From: Camelus ferus | Lineage: Eukaryota | Direction of reading: 5' to 3' | DNA length: 64,000 bases | Assembly: GCF_009834535.1 (NCBI RefSeq) | Contig: NC_045698.1 | Location: forward strand, 1-64,000 | Shown: positions 24,965 to 38,500 of the stretch, in pieces | Layout of the letters: every line of letters begins with the position of its first letter | How positions within the stretch are numbered: position 1 is the stretch's first letter | Notes under the pieces: generated by a model | The model's database searches: none | What the model was told of the DNA's origin: nothing | What the model saw: the letters and a program-made list of their open reading frames with translations, nothing else | Position numbers and translations under genes: made by a program

Positions 24965-27900
24965 GGAGAGACTCGGGGAAGACACCCGGAGGGCTCCTAG
25001 GAGATCCCAGGCGCTGCAGACAGAGGACGGAACCTCGCAACACTGAGATTTCCGGAATGCAGCCGAGTGGTTGTGGGAGGTTTGGGGCCGCCCTCCACGA
25101 AGATGCCTGGTGTCACAGGTGTTCCCTGGCAGGGGGAAGTCCGCTAATTACCTCATCGTTCCAGGGGGAGGCACTAGATGCTGCCAGCATTTCCAGCCCA
25201 ACCCCCGCCTTTCCCCAGTAGCCCGCAATAGGAGACACTCGGGGAAGACACGCGGAGGGCTCCTAGGAGATTCCAGGCGCTGCAGACAGAGGAAGGAACC
25301 TCGCCACACACAGAATTCCGGAAAGCGGCCGAGTGGGTGTGGGAGGTTTGGGGCTCCCTCCACAAAGCTGTCTGGTCTCACAGATGATCCCTGGCAGGGG
25401 GAAGTCCGCTAATTACCTCATCAGTCCAGGGGAATCACTAGATGCTACCTGCATTTCCAGCCCAAACCCCGCCTTTCACTGGCAGCCTGCACCAAGAGAC
25501 ACTCGCTGAAGACAAGCGGAGGGCTCCTAGGAGATCCCAGGCGCTGCCGACAGAGGACGGAACCTCGCCACACACAGAATTCCAGAACGCGGCCGAGTGG
25601 TTGTGGGAGGTTTGGGGCCGCCTTCCACGTAGCTGCCTGTTGTCACAGGTGTTCCCTGGCAGGGGGAAGTCCGCTAATTACCTCATCTGTCCAGGGGGAG
25701 GCTCTAGATTCTACCTGCATTTCCAGCCCAACCCCCGGCTTTCCCCGGCAGCCCGCACTAGGGGACCCTCGGGGAAGACACGCGGAGTGCTCCTAGGAGA
25801 TCCCAGGCGCTGCAGACAGAGGAAGGAATCTCGCCACACACAGAATACCGGAACGCGGCCGAGTGGGTGTGGGAAGTTTGAGGACTCCCTCCACAAATAT
25901 GTCTGTTCTCACAGATGTTCCCTGGCAGGGGGAATTCCGCTAATTACCTCATATGTCCAGGTGGAGGCACTAGATGCTACCTGCATTTCCAGCCCAACCC
26001 CCACCTTTCCCCAGTAGCCCGCACTAGGATACACTCGGGGAGGACACGCGGAGGGCTCCTAGGAGATCCCAGGGGCTGCAGACAGAGGACGGAATCTCGC
26101 CACACTTAGAATTCCGGAACACGGCCGTGTGGGTGGGGGAGATTTGGGGCTGCCCTCCACGCAGCTGCCTGTTGTCACAGGTGTTCCCTGAGGAGGGGGA
26201 AGTCCGCTAATTACCTCATCTGTCCAGGGGGAGTCACTAGATGCTACCTGCATTTCCAGCCCAACCCCCGCATTTCCCCGGCAGACCGCAAGAAGAGACA
26301 CTCGGGGAAGACACGCGGAGGGCTCCTAGGGGATCCCAGGTGCTGCAGACAGAGGACGGAACCTCGCAAAACTCAGAAATCCGGAACGCGGCCGAGTGGG
26401 TGGGGGAGGTTTGGGGCCGCCCATCACGCAGCTGCCTGGTGTCACAGGTGTTCCCTGGCAGGGGGAATTCCGCTAATTACCTCATCTCTCCAGGGGGAGG
26501 CACTAGATGCTACCTGAATTTCCAGCCCAACCCCCGCCTTTCCCCGGCAGCATGAAATACGAGAGTCTCGGGGAAGACACCCGGAGGGTCCTAGGAGATC
26601 CCAGGCGCTGCAGACAGAGGACGGAACCTCGCAACACTGAGATTTCCGGAACGCGGCCTAGTGGTTGTGGGAGGTTTGGGGTTCCCTCCACGAAGCTGCC
26701 TGGTGTCACAGGTGTTCCCTGGCAGGGGGAAGTCCGCTAATTACCTCATCGGTCCAGGAGGAGGCACTAGATGCTACCAGCATTTCCAGCCCAACCCCCG
26801 CCTTTCCCCAGCAGCCCGCAATAGGAGACACTCGGGGAAGACACGCGGAGGGCTCCTAGGAGATCCCAGGCGCTGCAGACAGAGGAAGGAACCTCGCCAC
26901 ACACAGAATTCCGGAACGCGGCCGAGTGGGTTTGGGAGGTTTGGGGCCGCCTTCCACTCAGCTGCTTATTGTCACAGGTGTTCCCTAGCAGGGGGAATTC
27001 CGCTAATTACCTCATCTGTCCAGGGGGAGGCACTAGATGCTACCTGAATTTCCAGCCCAACCCCTCCTTTCCCCGGCAGCATGAAATAGGAGAGACTCGG
27101 GGAAGACACCCGGAGGGTCCTAGGAGATCCCAGGCGCTGCAGACAGAGGACGGAACCTCGCAACACTGAGATTTCCGGAACGCGGCCTAGTGGTTGTGGG
27201 AGGTTTGGGGCTGCCCTCCACGAAGCTGCCTGGTGTCACAGGTGTTCCCTGGCAGGGGGAAGTCCGCTAATTACCTCAACGGTCCAGGGGGAGGCACTAG
27301 ATGCTACCAGCATTTCCAGCCCAACCCCCGCCTTTCCCCAGCAGCCCGCAATAGGAAACACTCGGGGAAGACACGCGGAGGGCTCCTAGGAGATCCCAGG
27401 CGCTGCAGACAGAGGAAGGAACCTCGCCACACACAGAATTCCGGAACGCGGCCGAGTGGGTGTGGGAGGTTTGGGGCCTCCCTCCACAAAGATGTCTGGT
27501 CTCACAGATGTTCCCTGGCAGGGGGAAGTCCGCTAATTACCTCATCAGTCCAGGGGAATCACTATATGCTACCTGCATTTCCAGCCCAACCCCCGCATTT
27601 CACTGGCAGCCTGCCCTAGGGGACACTCGCTGAAGACAAGCGGAGGGCTCCTAGGAGATCCCAGGCGCTGCCGACAGAGGACGGAACCTCGCCACACACA
27701 GAATTCCAGAACGCGTCCGAGTGGTTGTGGGAGGTTTGGAGCCGCCTTCCACGCAGCTTCCTGGTGTCACAGGTTTTCCCTGGCAGGGGGAAGTCCGCTA
27801 ATTACCTCATCTGTCCAGGGGGAGGCTCTAGATTCTACCTGCATTTCCAGCCCAACCCCCGGCTTTCCCCGGCAGCCCGCACTAGGAGACCCTCGGGGAA

Positions 27901-28594
27901 GTCACACGCAGGGCTTCTAGGAGATCCCAGGCACTGCAGACAGAGGACGGAACATCGCAACACTCAGAAATCCGGAACGCGGCCGAGTGCGTGTGGGAGG
28001 TTTGAGGACTCCCTCCACAAAGATGTCTGTTCTCACAGATGTTCCCTGGCAGGAGGAATTCCGCTAATTACCTCATATGTCCAGGTGGAGGCACTAGATG
28101 CTACCTGCATTTCCAGCCCAACCCCCGACATTCCCCGGATGCCCGCACTAGGATACACTCGGGGAGGACACGCGGAGGGCTCCTAGGAGATCCCAGGGGC
28201 TGCAGACAGAGGACGGAATCTCGCGACACACAGAATTCCGGAACACGGCCGTGTGGGTGGTGGAGATTTGGGGCTGCCCTCCACGCAGCTGCCTGTTGTC
28301 ACAGGTGTTCTCTGAGGAGGGGGAAGTCCGCTAATTCCTTCATCTGTCCAGGGGGAGGCACTAGATGCTACCTGCATTTCCAGCCCAACCCCCGCATTTC
28401 CCCGGCAGACCGCAAGAGGAGACACTCGGGGAAGACACGCGGAGGGCTCCTAGGGGATCCCAGGCGCTGCAGACAAAGGACGGAACCTCGCAACACTCAG
28501 AAATCCGGAACGCGGCCGAGTGGGTGGGGGAGGTTAGGGGCCGCCCATCACGCAGCTGCCTGGTGTCACAGGTGTTCCCTGGCAGGGGGAAGTC
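24965..28594 (+). repeat. 8-monomer-offset duplication (2124 bp): 24965-26470 = 27089-28594
   Basis: Offsets 2123-2124 at 25071/27194, 25915/28039, 26059/28183 and 26241/28365. Shared variants TTTGAGGACTCCC, CATATGTCCAGGTGG, CTGAGGAGGGGGAAG, GCAGACCGCAAGA. Confidence 0.88.
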
Positions 28595-31500
28595 CGCTAA
28601 TTACCTCATCTGTCCAGGGGATGCCACTAGATGCTACCTGCATTTCCAGACCAATCCCCGCCTTTCACCGGCCGCCGCAATAAGAGTCACTCGGGGAAGA
28701 CATTCGGAGGGCTCCTAGGAGATCCCAGGCGCTGCAGACAGAGGACGGAACCTCGCAACGTTCAGAATTCCTGAACGCGGCCGAGTGGGTGGGGGAGGTT
28801 TGGGGCCGCCCTCCCCGCATCTGCCTGGTGTCACAGGTGTTCCCTGGCAGGGGGAACTCCGCTAATTACCTCATCAGTCCAGGGGGAGGCACTAGATCCT
28901 ACCTGGATTTCCAGCCCAACCCCCGCATTTCACCTGCAGCCCGCACTATGAGACACTCTGGGAAGACACGCAGACGGCTCCTAGGAGATCCCAATCGCTG
29001 CAGACAGAGGACGGAACCTCGCCACACTCAGAATTCCGTAACGCGCCCGAGTGGGTGGGGGAGGTTTGGGGCCGCCCTCCACGCAGCTGCTTAGTGTCAC
29101 AGGTGTTCCCTGGCAGGGGGAATTCCGCTAATTACCTCATCTGCCAGGGGGAGGCACTAGATGCTACCTGCATTTCCAGCCCAACCCCCACCTTTCCCCA
29201 GCAGCCCGCACTAAGAGACACTCGGGGAAGACACGTGGAGGGCTTCTAGGAGATCCCAGGCGCTGCAGACAGAGAACGGATCCTCGCCAACCTCAGAATT
29301 CAGGAATGCGGCCGAGTGGGTAGAGGAGGTTTAGGGCCGCCCTCCACGCAGCGACCTGGTGTCACAGGTGTTCCCTGGCAGGGGGAATTCCGCTAATGAC
29401 CTCATCTGTCCAGGGGAATGCACTAGATACTACCAACATTTCCAGCCCTACCACCGCATTTCCCCGGCAGCCCGCACTAGGAGACACTTGGCGAAGACAC
29501 GCAGAAGGCTCCTAGGAGATCCCAGGCGCTGCAGACAGAGGACGGAACCTCACCACACTCAGAATTCCGGAACGAGGCCGAGTGGTTGGGGGAGGTTTGG
29601 GGACGCCCTCCACGCAGCTGCCTGGTGTCACATGTGTTCCCTGGCAGGGGGAAGTCCGCTAATTACCTCATCTGTCCAGGGGGAGGCACTAGATGCTACC
29701 TGCATTTCCAGCCCAACCCCCGCCTTTCCCCAGCAGCCCGCACTAGGAGACACTCGGGGAAGACACGCGGATGGCTCCTAGGAGATCCCATGCGCTGCAG
29801 ACAGCGGATATAACCTCGCCACACTCAGAATTCTGAAACAAGGCCGAGTGTGAAGGGGAGGTTACGGGCCGCTCTCCACGCAGCTGCCTGGTGTCACAGG
29901 TGTTCCGTGGCAGGGGGAATTCCGCTGATTACCTCATCTGTCCAGGGGGAGGCACTAGATGCTACCTGAATTTCCAGCCCAACCCCCGCCTTTCCCCGGG
30001 AGCATGAAATAGGAGAGACTCGGGGAAGACACCCGGAGGGCTCCTAGGAGATCCCAGGCGCTGCAGACCGAGGAAGGAACCTCGCAACACACAGAATTCC
30101 GGAACGCGGCCGAGTGGGTGTGGGAGGTTTGGGGCCTCCCTCCACAAAGCTGTCTGGTCTCACAGATGTTCCCTGGCAGGGGGAAGTCCGCTATTTACCT
30201 CATCAGTCCAGGGGAATCACTAGATGCTACCTGCTTTTCCAGCACAACCCCCGGCTTTCACCGGCAACACGCACTAAAAGACACTCAGTGAAGACAAGCA
30301 GAGGGCTCCTAGGAGATCCCAGGCACTGCAGACAGAGGACGGAACCTCGCCAAACTCAGAATTCCGGAACGCTGCCGAATGTGTGGTGGAGGTTTGGGGC
30401 CGCCCTCCACGCAGCTGCCTGGTGTCACAGGTGTTCCCTGGCAGGGGGAATTCCGCTAATTACCTCATCTATCCAGGGGGAGGCACTAGATGCTACCTGC
30501 ATTTCCAGCCCAACACCCGCCTTTCCCCAGCAGCCCGCACTAGGAGACACTCGGGGAAGACACGCGGAGGGCTTCTAGGAGATCCCAGGCGATGCAGACA
30601 GAGGACGGAACCTCGCAACACTGAGATTTCCGGAAAGCGCCCGAGAGGTTGGGGGAAGTTTGGGGCCGCCCACCACGCAGCTGCCTGTTATCACAAGTGT
30701 TCCCTGGCAGGGGGAAGTCCGCTAATTACCACATCTGTCCAGGGGGAGGCACTAGATGCTACCTACATTTCCAAAACAACCCCCACATTTCCCCGACATC
30801 CCGCACTATGTGACCCTCGGGGAATACACGCGGAGGGTTCCTAGTGATCCCAGGCGCTGCAGACAGAGGACGAATCCTCGCCAACCTCAGAATTCAGGAA
30901 TGCGGCCGAGTGGGTAGGGGAGGTTTAGGGCCGCCCTCGACGCAGCTGCCTGGTGTCACAGGTGTTCCCTGGCAGGGGGAAGTCTGCTAATGACCTCATC
31001 TGTCCAGGGGAATGCACTAGATGCTAACAGCATTTCCAGCCCTACCACCGCATTTCCCCGGCAGCCCTCACTAGGAGACACTCGGCGAAGACACGCGGAT
31101 GGCTCCTAGGAGATCCCATGCGCTGCAGACAGCGGATGGAACCTCGCCACACTCAGAATTCTGAAACAAGGCCGAGAGTGAGGGGGAGGTTTGGGGCCGC
31201 TCTCCACGCAGCTGCCTGGTGTCACAGGTGTTCCGTGGCAGGGGGAAGTCCGCTAATTACCTCATCTGTCCAGGGGGAGGCACTAGATGCTACCTGAATT
31301 TCCAGCCCAACCCCCGCCTTTCCCCGGCAGCATGAAATAGGAGAGACTCGGGGAAGACACCCGGAGGGCTCCTAGGAGATCCCAGGCGCTGCAGACAGAG
31401 GACGGAACCTCGCAACACTGAGATTTCCGGAACGCGGCCCTGTGGTTTTGGGAGTTTTGGGGCCGCCCTCCACGAAGCTGCCTGGTGTCACAGGTGTTCC

Positions 31501-34500
31501 CTGGCAGGGGGAAGTCCGCTAATTACCTCATAGGTCCAGTGGGAGGCAATAGATGCTACCAGCATTTCCAGCCCAACCCCCGCTTTTCCCCAGCAGCCCG
31601 CAATAGGAGACACTCGCGGAAGAGACGCGGAGGGCTCCTAGGAGATCCCAGGCGCTGCAGACAGAGGAAGGAACCTCGCCACACAGAGAATTCCGGAACG
31701 TGCCCGAGTGGTTGTGGGAGGTTTGGGGCCTCACTCCACAAAGCTGTCTGGTCTCACAGATGTTCCCTGGCAGGGGGAAGTCCGCTAATTACCTCATCAG
31801 TCCAGGGAAATCACTAGATGCTACCTGCATTTCCAGCCCAAACCCCGCCTTTCACTGGCAGCCTGCACTAGGACACACTCGCTGAAGACAAGCAGAGGGC
31901 TCCTAGGAGATCCCAGGCACTGCCGACAGAGGACGGAACCTCGCCACACACAGAATTCCAGTACGCGGCCGAGTGTTTGTGGGAGGTTTGGGGCCGACTT
32001 CCACGCAGCTGCCTGTTGTCACAGGTGTTCCCTGGCAGGGGGGAAGTCCGCTAATTACCTCATCTGTCCAGGGGGAGGCTCTAGATTCTACCTGCATTTC
32101 CAGCCAAACCCCCGGCTTTCCCCGGCAGCCCGCACTAGGAGACCCTCGGGGAAGACACGCGGAGGGCTCCTAGGAGATCCCAGGCGCTGCAGACCGAGGA
32201 AGGAACCTCGCCACACACAGAATTCCGGAACGTGCCCGAGTGGGTGTGGGAGGTTTGGGGCCGCCCTCCACAAAGCTGCCTGGTCTCACAGATGTTCCCT
32301 GGCAGGGGGAAGATCGCTAATTACCCCATCAGTCCATGGGAATCACTAGTTGCTACCTGCATTTATAGCCCAACCCCCGCCTTTCCCCAGCAGCACGCAC
32401 TAGGATACACTCGGGGAGGACACGCGGAGGGCTCCTAGGAGATCCCAGGCACTGCAGACAGAGGACGGAACCACACCACACTCAGAATTCCGAAACGCTG
32501 CTGAGTGTGTGGGGGAGGTTTGGGGCCGCTCTCCACGCAGCTGCCTAGTGTCACAGGTGTTCCCTGGCAGGGGAAATTCCGCTAATTACCTCATCAGTCC
32601 AGGGGGAGGCACTAGATGCTACCTGCATTTCCAGCACAACCCCCGGCTTTCCCCGGCAGCCTGCACTAGGAGACCCTCGGTGAAGGCACGCGGCCGGCTC
32701 CTAGGAGATCCCAGGTGCTGCAGACAGAGGAAGGAACCTCGCCACACTCAGAATTCCGGAACGCGCCCGAGTGGGTGGTGGAGGTTTGGGGCCGCCCACC
32801 ACGCAGCTGCCTGGTGTCACAGGTGTTCCCTGGCAGGGGGAAGTCCGCTAAATACCTCATCTGTCCAGTGGGAGGCACTAGATGCTACCTGCATTTCCAG
32901 CCCAACCCCCGCCTTTCACCGGCCGCCCGCAATAAGAAACACTCGGGGAAGACACGCGGAGGGCTCCTAGGAGATCCCAGGCGCTGCAGACCGAGGACGG
33001 AACCTCGCCACACTCAGAATTCCGAAACGCGGCCGAGTTTGTTTCGGAGGATTAATGACGCCCTCCAGGCAGCTGCCTGGTGTCACAGGTGTTCCCTGGC
33101 TGGGGGATGTCCGCTAATGTACACATCTGTCCAGGGGGAGGCACTAGATGCTACCAGCATTTCCAGCCCAACTCCCGACATTCCCCGTCAGCCCGCACTA
33201 CGAGACACTCGGGGAAGGCAAGCGGATGGCTCCTAGGAGATCCCAGGCGCTGCAGACAGAGGACGGAACCCCGCCACACTCAGAAATACGGAAAGCGCCC
33301 GAGTGGGTTGGGGAGATTTGGGGCTGCCCCCACGCAGCTGCCTGGTTTCACAGGTGTTCCCTGGCAGGGGGAAGTCCGCTAATTACCTGATCTGTCCAGG
33401 GGGAGGCACTAGTTTCTACCTGCTTTTCCAGACCAACCCCCATATTTCCCCGGCAGCCCGCACTAGGAGACCCTGGGAGAAGACACGCGGAGGGCTCCTA
33501 GTAATCCCAGGCGCTGCGGACAGAGGACGGAACCTCGCCACACTCAGAATTCCGGAACTCGGCCGAGTGATTGGGGGAGGTTTAGTTCCGCCCTCCACGC
33601 AGCTGCCTGGTGTCACATGTGTTCCCTGGCAGGGGGAATTCCGCTAATTACCTCATCTGTCCAGGGGGAGGCACTAGATGCTACCTGCATTTCCAACCCA
33701 ACCCCCGCCTTTCCCCAGCAGCCCGCACTAGGAGACACTCGGGAAAGACACGCAGAGGGCTCCAAGCAGATCCCAGGCACTGCAGACAGAGGACAGAACC
33801 TCGCCACACTCAGAATTCTGAAACACGGCCGAGTGTGTGGGGGATGTTTGGGGCCCCTCTCCACGCAGCTGCCCGGTGTCACAGGTGTTCCGTGGCAGGG
33901 GGAAGTCCGCTAATTACCTGATCTTTCCAGGGGGATACACTAGTTGCTACCAGCATTTCCAGACCGACCGCCACATTTCCCCGGCAGCCCGCACTAGGAG
34001 ACCCTCGGGGAAGACACGCGGATGGCTCCTAGTAATCCCAGGCGCTGCAGACAGAGGACGGAACCTCGCCACACTCAGAATTCCGGAACTCGACCGAGTG
34101 GGTGGGGGAGGTTTGGGGCCGCCCTCCACGCATCTGCCTGGTGTCACAGGTGTTCCCTAGCAGGGGGAAGTCCGCTAATTACCTCATCTGTCCAACGGGA
34201 GGCCCTACATTCTACCAGCATTTCCAGCCCATCCACCGCTTTCCCCGGCAGCCAGCAGAAGGAGACAATCGGGGAAGACATGCGGAAAGTTCCTAGGTGA
34301 TCCCAGGCGCTGCAGACAGAGGACGGAACCTCGCAAATCTCAGATATCCGGAACGCGGCCGAGTCGTTGGGGGAGGTTTTGGGTCGACCTCCTCACAGCT
34401 GCCTGGTGTCACAGGTGTTCCCTGGCAGGTGGAAGTCTGCTAATTACCTCATCAGTCCAGAGGGAGGCACTAGATGCTACCTGAATTTCCAGCACAACCC

Positions 34501-35599
34501 CCGTATTTCCCCGGCAGCACGCAATAGGAGACACTCGGGGAAGACACGCGGAGGGCTCCTAGTAGATCCCAGGCACTGCAGACAGAGGACGGAACGTTGC
34601 CAAACTCAGAATTCTGGAATGCGGCCGAGTGGGTGGGTGAGATTTGGGGCCGAATTCCACGCAGCTGCCTTGTGTCACAGGTGTTTCCTGGCAGGATGTA
34701 GTCTGCTAATTTCCTCATCTGTCCAGGGGGAGGCACTAGATGCTACCTGCATTTCCAACCCAACCCCCGCCTTTCCTCAGAAGCCCGCAAATGGAGACAC
34801 TCGGGGAAGACACGCGGAGGGCCCCTAGGAGATCCCAGGCTCTGCAGACAGAGGACCGAACCTACCCAAACTCAGACTTCCGGAACGCGGCCGAGTGGGT
34901 GGTGGAGGTTTGGGGCCGCAATCCACTCAGTTGTTTCGTGTCACAGGTGTTCCCTGGCAGGAGGAAGTCCGCTAATTACCTCATCAGTCCAGAGGGAGGC
35001 ACTAGATGCTACCTGCATTTCCAGCCCAACCCCCGCATTTCCCCGGCAGCCCCCACTAGGAGACACTCGGGGAAGACACGCGGAGTGCTCCTAGGAGATC
35101 CCAGGCGCTGCAGACCGAGGACGGAACCTCGCCACACTCAGAATTCCGGAACGCGGCCAAGTTGTTGGGGGAGTTTTGGGGCCGACTTTCTCGCAGCTGC
35201 CTGGTGTCACAGGTATTACCTGGCAGGGGGAAGTCCGCTAATTACCTCATCTGTCCAGGGGGAGACACTAGATGCTACCTACATTTCCAACACAACCCCC
35301 GCCTTTCCCCGGAAGCCCGCAATAGGAGACACTCGGGGAAGACACTCGGAGGGCTACTAGGAGATCAGAGGCACTGCAGAAAGAGGACCGAACCTACCAA
35401 CACTCAGATTTCCGGAACGCGGCCAAGTGGGTGGGGGAGGTTTGGGGCCGAAAACCACGCAGATGTTTCGTGTCACAGGTGTTCCCTGGCAAGGGGAAGT
35501 CCGCTAATAACCTCATCAGTCCAAGGGGAGGCACTAGATGCTACCTGCATTTCCAGCCCTACCCCCGTCTTTCCCCGACAGCCCGCACTATGAGCACTA

Positions 35600-38500
35600 G
35601 GGGAAGACACGCGGAGGGCTCCTAGGAGTTCCCAGGCGCTGCAGACAGAGGACGGAACCTTGCCACACTCAGAATTCCGGAACGCGCCCGAGTGGGTGGG
35701 GGAGGTTTGGGGCCGACCTCCACGCAGCTGCCTGGTGTCACAGGTGTTCCCTGGCAGGGGGAAGTCCGCTAATTACCTCATCTGTCCAGGGGGAGGCACT
35801 AGATGCTACCTGCATTTCCAGCCCAACCCCCGACTTTCACCGGCCGCCGCAATAAGAGTCACTCGGGGAGGACACACTGAGGGCTCCTAGGAGATCCCAG
35901 GCACTGCAGACAGAGGACGGAATCTCGCAACTCTCAGAATTCCGGAATGCTTCCGAATGTGTGGAGGATGTTTGGGGCCGCCCTCCACACAGCTGCCAGT
36001 AGTCACAGGTGTTCCCTGGCAGGGGGAATTCCGCTAATTACCCCATCAGTCCAGAGGGAGGCACTAGATGCTACCTGTATTTCCAGGCCAACCCCCGCCT
36101 TTCCCCGGCATCCCGCACTAGGAGACCCTCGGTGAAGACACGCGGAGGGCTCCTAGGAGATCTCAGTCGCTGCAGACAGAGGAAGGAACCTCGCCACACT
36201 CAGAATTCCGGAACGCGCCCGAGTGGGTGGGGGAGTTTTGGGGCCGACCTCCACGCAGCTGCCTGGTGTCACAGGTGTTCCCTGGCAGGGGGAAGTCCGC
36301 TAATTACCTCATTTGTCCAGGGGGAGGCACTAGATGCTACCTGCAATTCCAGCCCAACCCCCGGCTTTCCCCGGCAGCCCGCACTAGGAGACCCTCGGTG
36401 AAGACACGCGGCGGGCTCCTAGGAGATCCCAGGCGCTGCAGACAGAGGAAGGAACCTCGCCACACTCAGAATTCCGGAACGCGGCCGAGTGGGTGTGGGA
36501 GGTTTGGGGCCGCCCTCCACAAAGCTGCCTGGTCTCACAGATGTTCCCTGGCAGGGGGAAGTCCGCTAATTACCCCATCAGTCCATGGGAATCACTAGAT
36601 GCTACCTGCATTTCCAGCCCAACCCCCGCCTTTCCCCAGCAGCACGCACTAGGATACACTCGGGGAGGACACGCGGAGGGCTCCTAGGAGATCCCAGGCA
36701 CTGCAGACAGAGAACGGAACCTCGCAAATCTCAGATTTCCGGAACGCGGCCGAGTCGTTGGGGTAGGTTTGGGGTCGACCTCCTCACACCTGCCTGGTGT
36801 CAGAGGTGTTCCCTGGCAGGTGGAATTCTGCTAATTACCTCATCGGTCCAGGGGGAGGCACTAGATGCTACCTGCATTTCCAACACAACCCCCGACTTTC
36901 CCCGGAAGCCCGCAATAAGAGACACTCGGGGAAGACTCGTGGAGGGCTCCTAGGAGATCCCAGGCACTGCATACTGAGGACCGTACCTACCCACACTCAG
37001 ATTTCCGGAACGCGGCCGAGTGTGTGGGGGAAATTTGGGGCCGTCCTCCACGCACGTACCTGGTGTCACAGGTGTTCCCTGGCAGGGGGAAGTCCGCTAA
37101 TTACCTCATCTGTCCAGAGGGAGGCACTAGATGCTACCTGTATTTCCAGCACAACCCCCGCATTTCTCCGGCAGCACGCAATAGGAGACACTCGGGGAAG
37201 ACACGCGGAGGACTACTAGGAGATCCCAGGCGCTGCAGACAGAAGACGGAACCTCGCCACACTCAGAATTCCGGAACGCGGCCGAGTGGGTGGGGGATGT
37301 TTGGGGTCGACCTCCTGGCAGGAGCCTGGTGTCACAGGTGTTCCCATGCAGGGGGAAGTCCGCTAATTACCTGATCTGTCCAGGGGGAGGCACTAGATGC
37401 TACATGCATTTCCAGTTTAACCCACTCTTTCCCCGGCAACACGCACAAGGAGACAGTCGGGGAAGACACGCGGAGGGCTCCTAGGAGATCCCAGGCGCTG
37501 CAGACAGAGGACGGAACCTACCCACACTTTGAATTCCGGAACGCGGCCGAGTAGGTGGGGGAAGTTTGGGGCCGCCCTCCACGTAGCTGCTTGGTGTCAC
37601 AGGTGTTCCCTGCAGGGGGAATTCCGCTAATTACCTGATCTGTCCAGCGGGAGGCACTAGAAGCTACCTTCATTTCCAGCCCAAACCCCGCCTTTCCCCG
37701 GCAGCCCACACTAGGAGACGCTCGGGGAAGACAAGCGGAGGTCTCCTAGGAGATCCCTGGCGCTGCAGACAGAGGACGGAACCTACCCACACTCAGAATT
37801 CCGGAACACGGACGAGAGGGTGGGGGAGGTTTGGGGCCGCCATTCACGCAGATGTTTCATATCACAGGTGTTCCCTGGCAGGTGGAAGTCTGCTAATTAC
37901 CTCATCTGTCCAGTGGAAGGCACTTGATGCTACCTGCATTTCCAACCCAACCCCCGCTTTCCCCGGAAGACCGCAATAGGAGACACTCGGGAAAGACACG
38001 CGGAGGGCTCCTAGGAGATCCCAGGCACTGCAGACAGAGGACCGAACCTACCCACACTCAGATTTCCGGAACGCGGCCGAGTGGGTGGGGGAGGTTTGGG
38101 GTCGAACACCTCGCAGCTGCCTGGTGTCACAGTTGTTCCCTTGCAGGGGGAAGTCCGCTAATTACCTGATCGGTCCAGGGGGATTCACTAGATGCTACCT
38201 GCATTTCCAGCCCAACCCCCGCCTTTCCCCGGCAGCCCGCAATAGGAGACACTCGGGGAAGACACGCGGAGGGCTCCTAGGAGATCCCAGGCGCTGCAGA
38301 CAGAGGACGGAACCTCGCCACACTCAGAAATATGGAACGCGGCCGAGTGGTTGGGTGAGTTTTGGGGCCGAATTCCAGGCAGCTGCCTGGTGTCACAAGT
38401 GTTCCCTGGCAGGTGGAAATCTGCTAATTACCTCATCTCTCCAGGGGGAGGCACTAGATGCTACCTGCTTTTCCAGCCCAACCCCCGCATTTTCCCGGCA

